The translations under genes and the position numbers were made by a program. Below the pieces are notes generated by a model. The model was not told where the DNA came from and did not search any database. It worked only from the letters and a program-made list of their open reading frames with translations. A stretch of 64,000 nt of DNA from Fimicolochytrium jonesii (taxonomy: Eukaryota), in NCBI RefSeq assembly GCF_025526975.1, contig NW_026515681.1:372001-436000 (forward strand). Direction: 5' to 3'. This document shows, piece after piece, positions 61,844 through 64,000 of the stretch. How positions within the stretch are numbered: position 1 is the stretch's first letter; each line of letters starts with the position of its first letter.

Positions 61844-64000
61844 TCACTTTCTAGAGAACCATCCCTTCTTCTTCTCCTTCTCCTTTTCCTTCTCCATCTT
61901 CTCCAAACTCTCGCTACTGCTATTTCCGGCAGATCTGCCGTCGGAATATCTCCTACCGCCGTTGTAATCTCTGCCATTGGTGTCATCATACCCGCGCCCT
62001 CCTCCTCTGCCACTGTCCCTTCCAATCGGAGCGTGTCCGACGCCTGATTCGCCAGACCGCGGCCGATCGGACATTGTCACAGCAGCTAGCCGTGCTTCAA
62101 TGCTGCCCACGCGATTCGAGACCGCTCCTGCACTTGGTCGCCTGTGTTGTTCCGCTTCTGGAGGCGTATATCGCGCGGGTGGGTCTACCCGATGATACAC
62201 GTCGGGCGGCGGACCTCGCCTTGGTGGTTGATCTTCATTGTACCGCAACGGCTGCTGCTCTTCGCGGTAACGTGAAGTTGATTGTGCATGGCCGTATCGT
62301 GAGGGAGGCTCGTCCTGCGCATGCCGAGATGGTCGAACCTGAGACGGGCTCCCTGGCGCGGACCGATTTAGAGGTGCGGGTGCCGGACGAGGGCCGGTGG
62401 GTTGGTTTCCTGCTGATGTTCGCCTCGGACGTTGAGTTGGACCATGACGATGCAGATCTTTCAGATCTTCCAGGAAGTCCTTCGGCGTTATCAAATGCGT
62501 CGAACCTGCCAGAAAGGAAGAGACTCAGCCCTTATCCGGTAGGACCTTCGATGAAACAGCCTTACCTATGATGATTTCACGATGGTGCGTCTTGATTAGA
62601 TCATAACACACTTTCATTTCCCCTGGCGTGACCCCGCCTAGGACGAAAACGATCATTCTTGGGCCATTGGCTCTCAAGACCTCCGTCGCTAGAGGCTGAA
62701 AGCCCGTCGTTCCGGATCCGGCACCTGCCGAACCAGAACCAACATTTGCTGATACAACTGCACGGCGTGTTGCCCACGACGCCTTTGCTCGCATGGGTGC
62801 AGGAGATGCTGTGCCACTCGATGGGCCGGAAGTTGCCCACGTTGCGGGCCTGCCGCTGTTTTCGGTGGGTGGTGGCTCCCTGACCCAAGGAAAGACGTTG
62901 CCGTCCGCAAGGTTCTTGATGATATCTTCCACAATGTAGCGAAGCACCGGGGTATACCTGGTGTTGTCAAATTTATGCTCCTTTCCTCGATCTCTCAGCC
63001 CATATGCGTATTGACCACGATTGTCCGCCTTCCTTCCCATCAGACTGGTACTAAGTTTCACGCCTAACATGCTGAGATTGTGCACTGCCTGTGCCTCCTC
63101 AACAGACAGCCTAGCAGATTCCAAGAGCTTTTGTCGATCGCTTTCTGAAAGCCCATTTTGTATGACAACGTAAAGCATGACCAATCTGATCTTGTCCTCG
63201 TGCCTGGATTTGATGCGAGATTACGAAACGTCTCTTGAGGCGTGGTATGTTTTAGATCGTACCTCACTGCCGGATCATCCAAAATCATCAAGATATCTCG
63301 CAGTACCAAGCGCGCGGATTTCCCCCCGGACGTCTCCCCGACAGCTAGATCTTGTTCGATCTCGGCCACCCTTTCTAGTCGGTTCTTGTTATATACCTGC
63401 ATAGCTTGGTGGCACATGCTCGTATGACCGGAGTACTGTCAAGTGAAATTGTTGGAAACCTTCTCCATGGACGACATTCCACTGGGCTCCCCTACCTTGG
63501 CCTTCATTTCTTGGTACTGCGGAAGGTGTGCCATTGTCTCCTTCAATTTCTCGATGGCGCCGAGGCTACCGGAACTACATACATGTCGATCAACATCAAC
63601 GATTCGCCGGGACGCCAACCAGTGGGCCTGCATACCTTGCATTGCCCTGATCAAGCGCAAACGCGGCCGCCTTGTTTTCCGAAGTGAACTTGTTCACCGA
63701 CTCTGCCAAAAACTCCATGACCTCGGCAATGTGCCAATGCCGGGCTTGACTCTGTGTAATGAATAGGATGAGCATTGATGTGTCGTTGACTCAACTTTCC
63801 ACACACATACCCAAACAAGGTCGTTCTCATCGAGCTTTACTTCATCCCCATCTGGTGGTTGAAACTTATTTCCTTCGATGTTCAGCAGGTCCATTACCAT
63901 GCTCTGGTACGTGAATTGGTGTAGAAGTGGGGAAACAAGATCTGCTGCTCGATCAACAATGAGCAAGATGGTCCGGGCGTAATTTGACGGGGGCGGGAAG
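61844..64000 (-). CDS. SEC1: Sec1/Munc18 SM protein, 5'-truncated by the window edge
   Basis: LLIVDRAADLVSPLLHQFTYQSMVMDLL, LPQYQEMKAK, EIEQDLAVG, RYTPVL, PRMIVFVLGGVTPGEM and GSTHLITPKDFLEDL. Fungal-type tail ends KEKKKGWFSRK. Confidence 0.93.

Overview
Eukaryotic, intron-containing DNA (short GT-AG introns) from a flagellated fungus, most likely a chytrid. The evidence is a mix of fungal-type genes (Nrg1-like C2H2 factor, Sol3-type 6PGL, Sec1) with IFT46 and C2CD3, cilium/centriole genes that Dikarya have lost. About 21 protein-coding genes can be modelled by eye: UTP6 (partial), NRG1-like, UBC13, SARAF, an epoxide hydrolase, a GRAM-TM protein, RPAP1/RBA50, an aquaporin, 6PGL, an RRM protein, UTP12, IFT46, a KSP-repeat conserved hypothetical, TRAPPC12, MED19-like, an acidic hypothetical, TBCA, an orphan 7TM protein, C2CD3, FRMD8-like, cyclin Y and SEC1 (partial). 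The most notable observations are: (1) a ~770-nt stop-free frame with no in-frame AUG and two short uORFs that splices in frame onto the NRG1-like CDS, resembling the cpc-1 leader; (2) a 507-bp TA-flanked MITE with IR/DR-type ends, 17-bp tandem repeats and internal hairpins that interrupts a small ORF; (3) a frameshifted F-box pseudogene; (4) a neighbourhood of cilium/centriole and animal-like genes. No tRNA, rRNA or CRISPR array was recognised. All identifications come from recalled motif similarity, not database searches.
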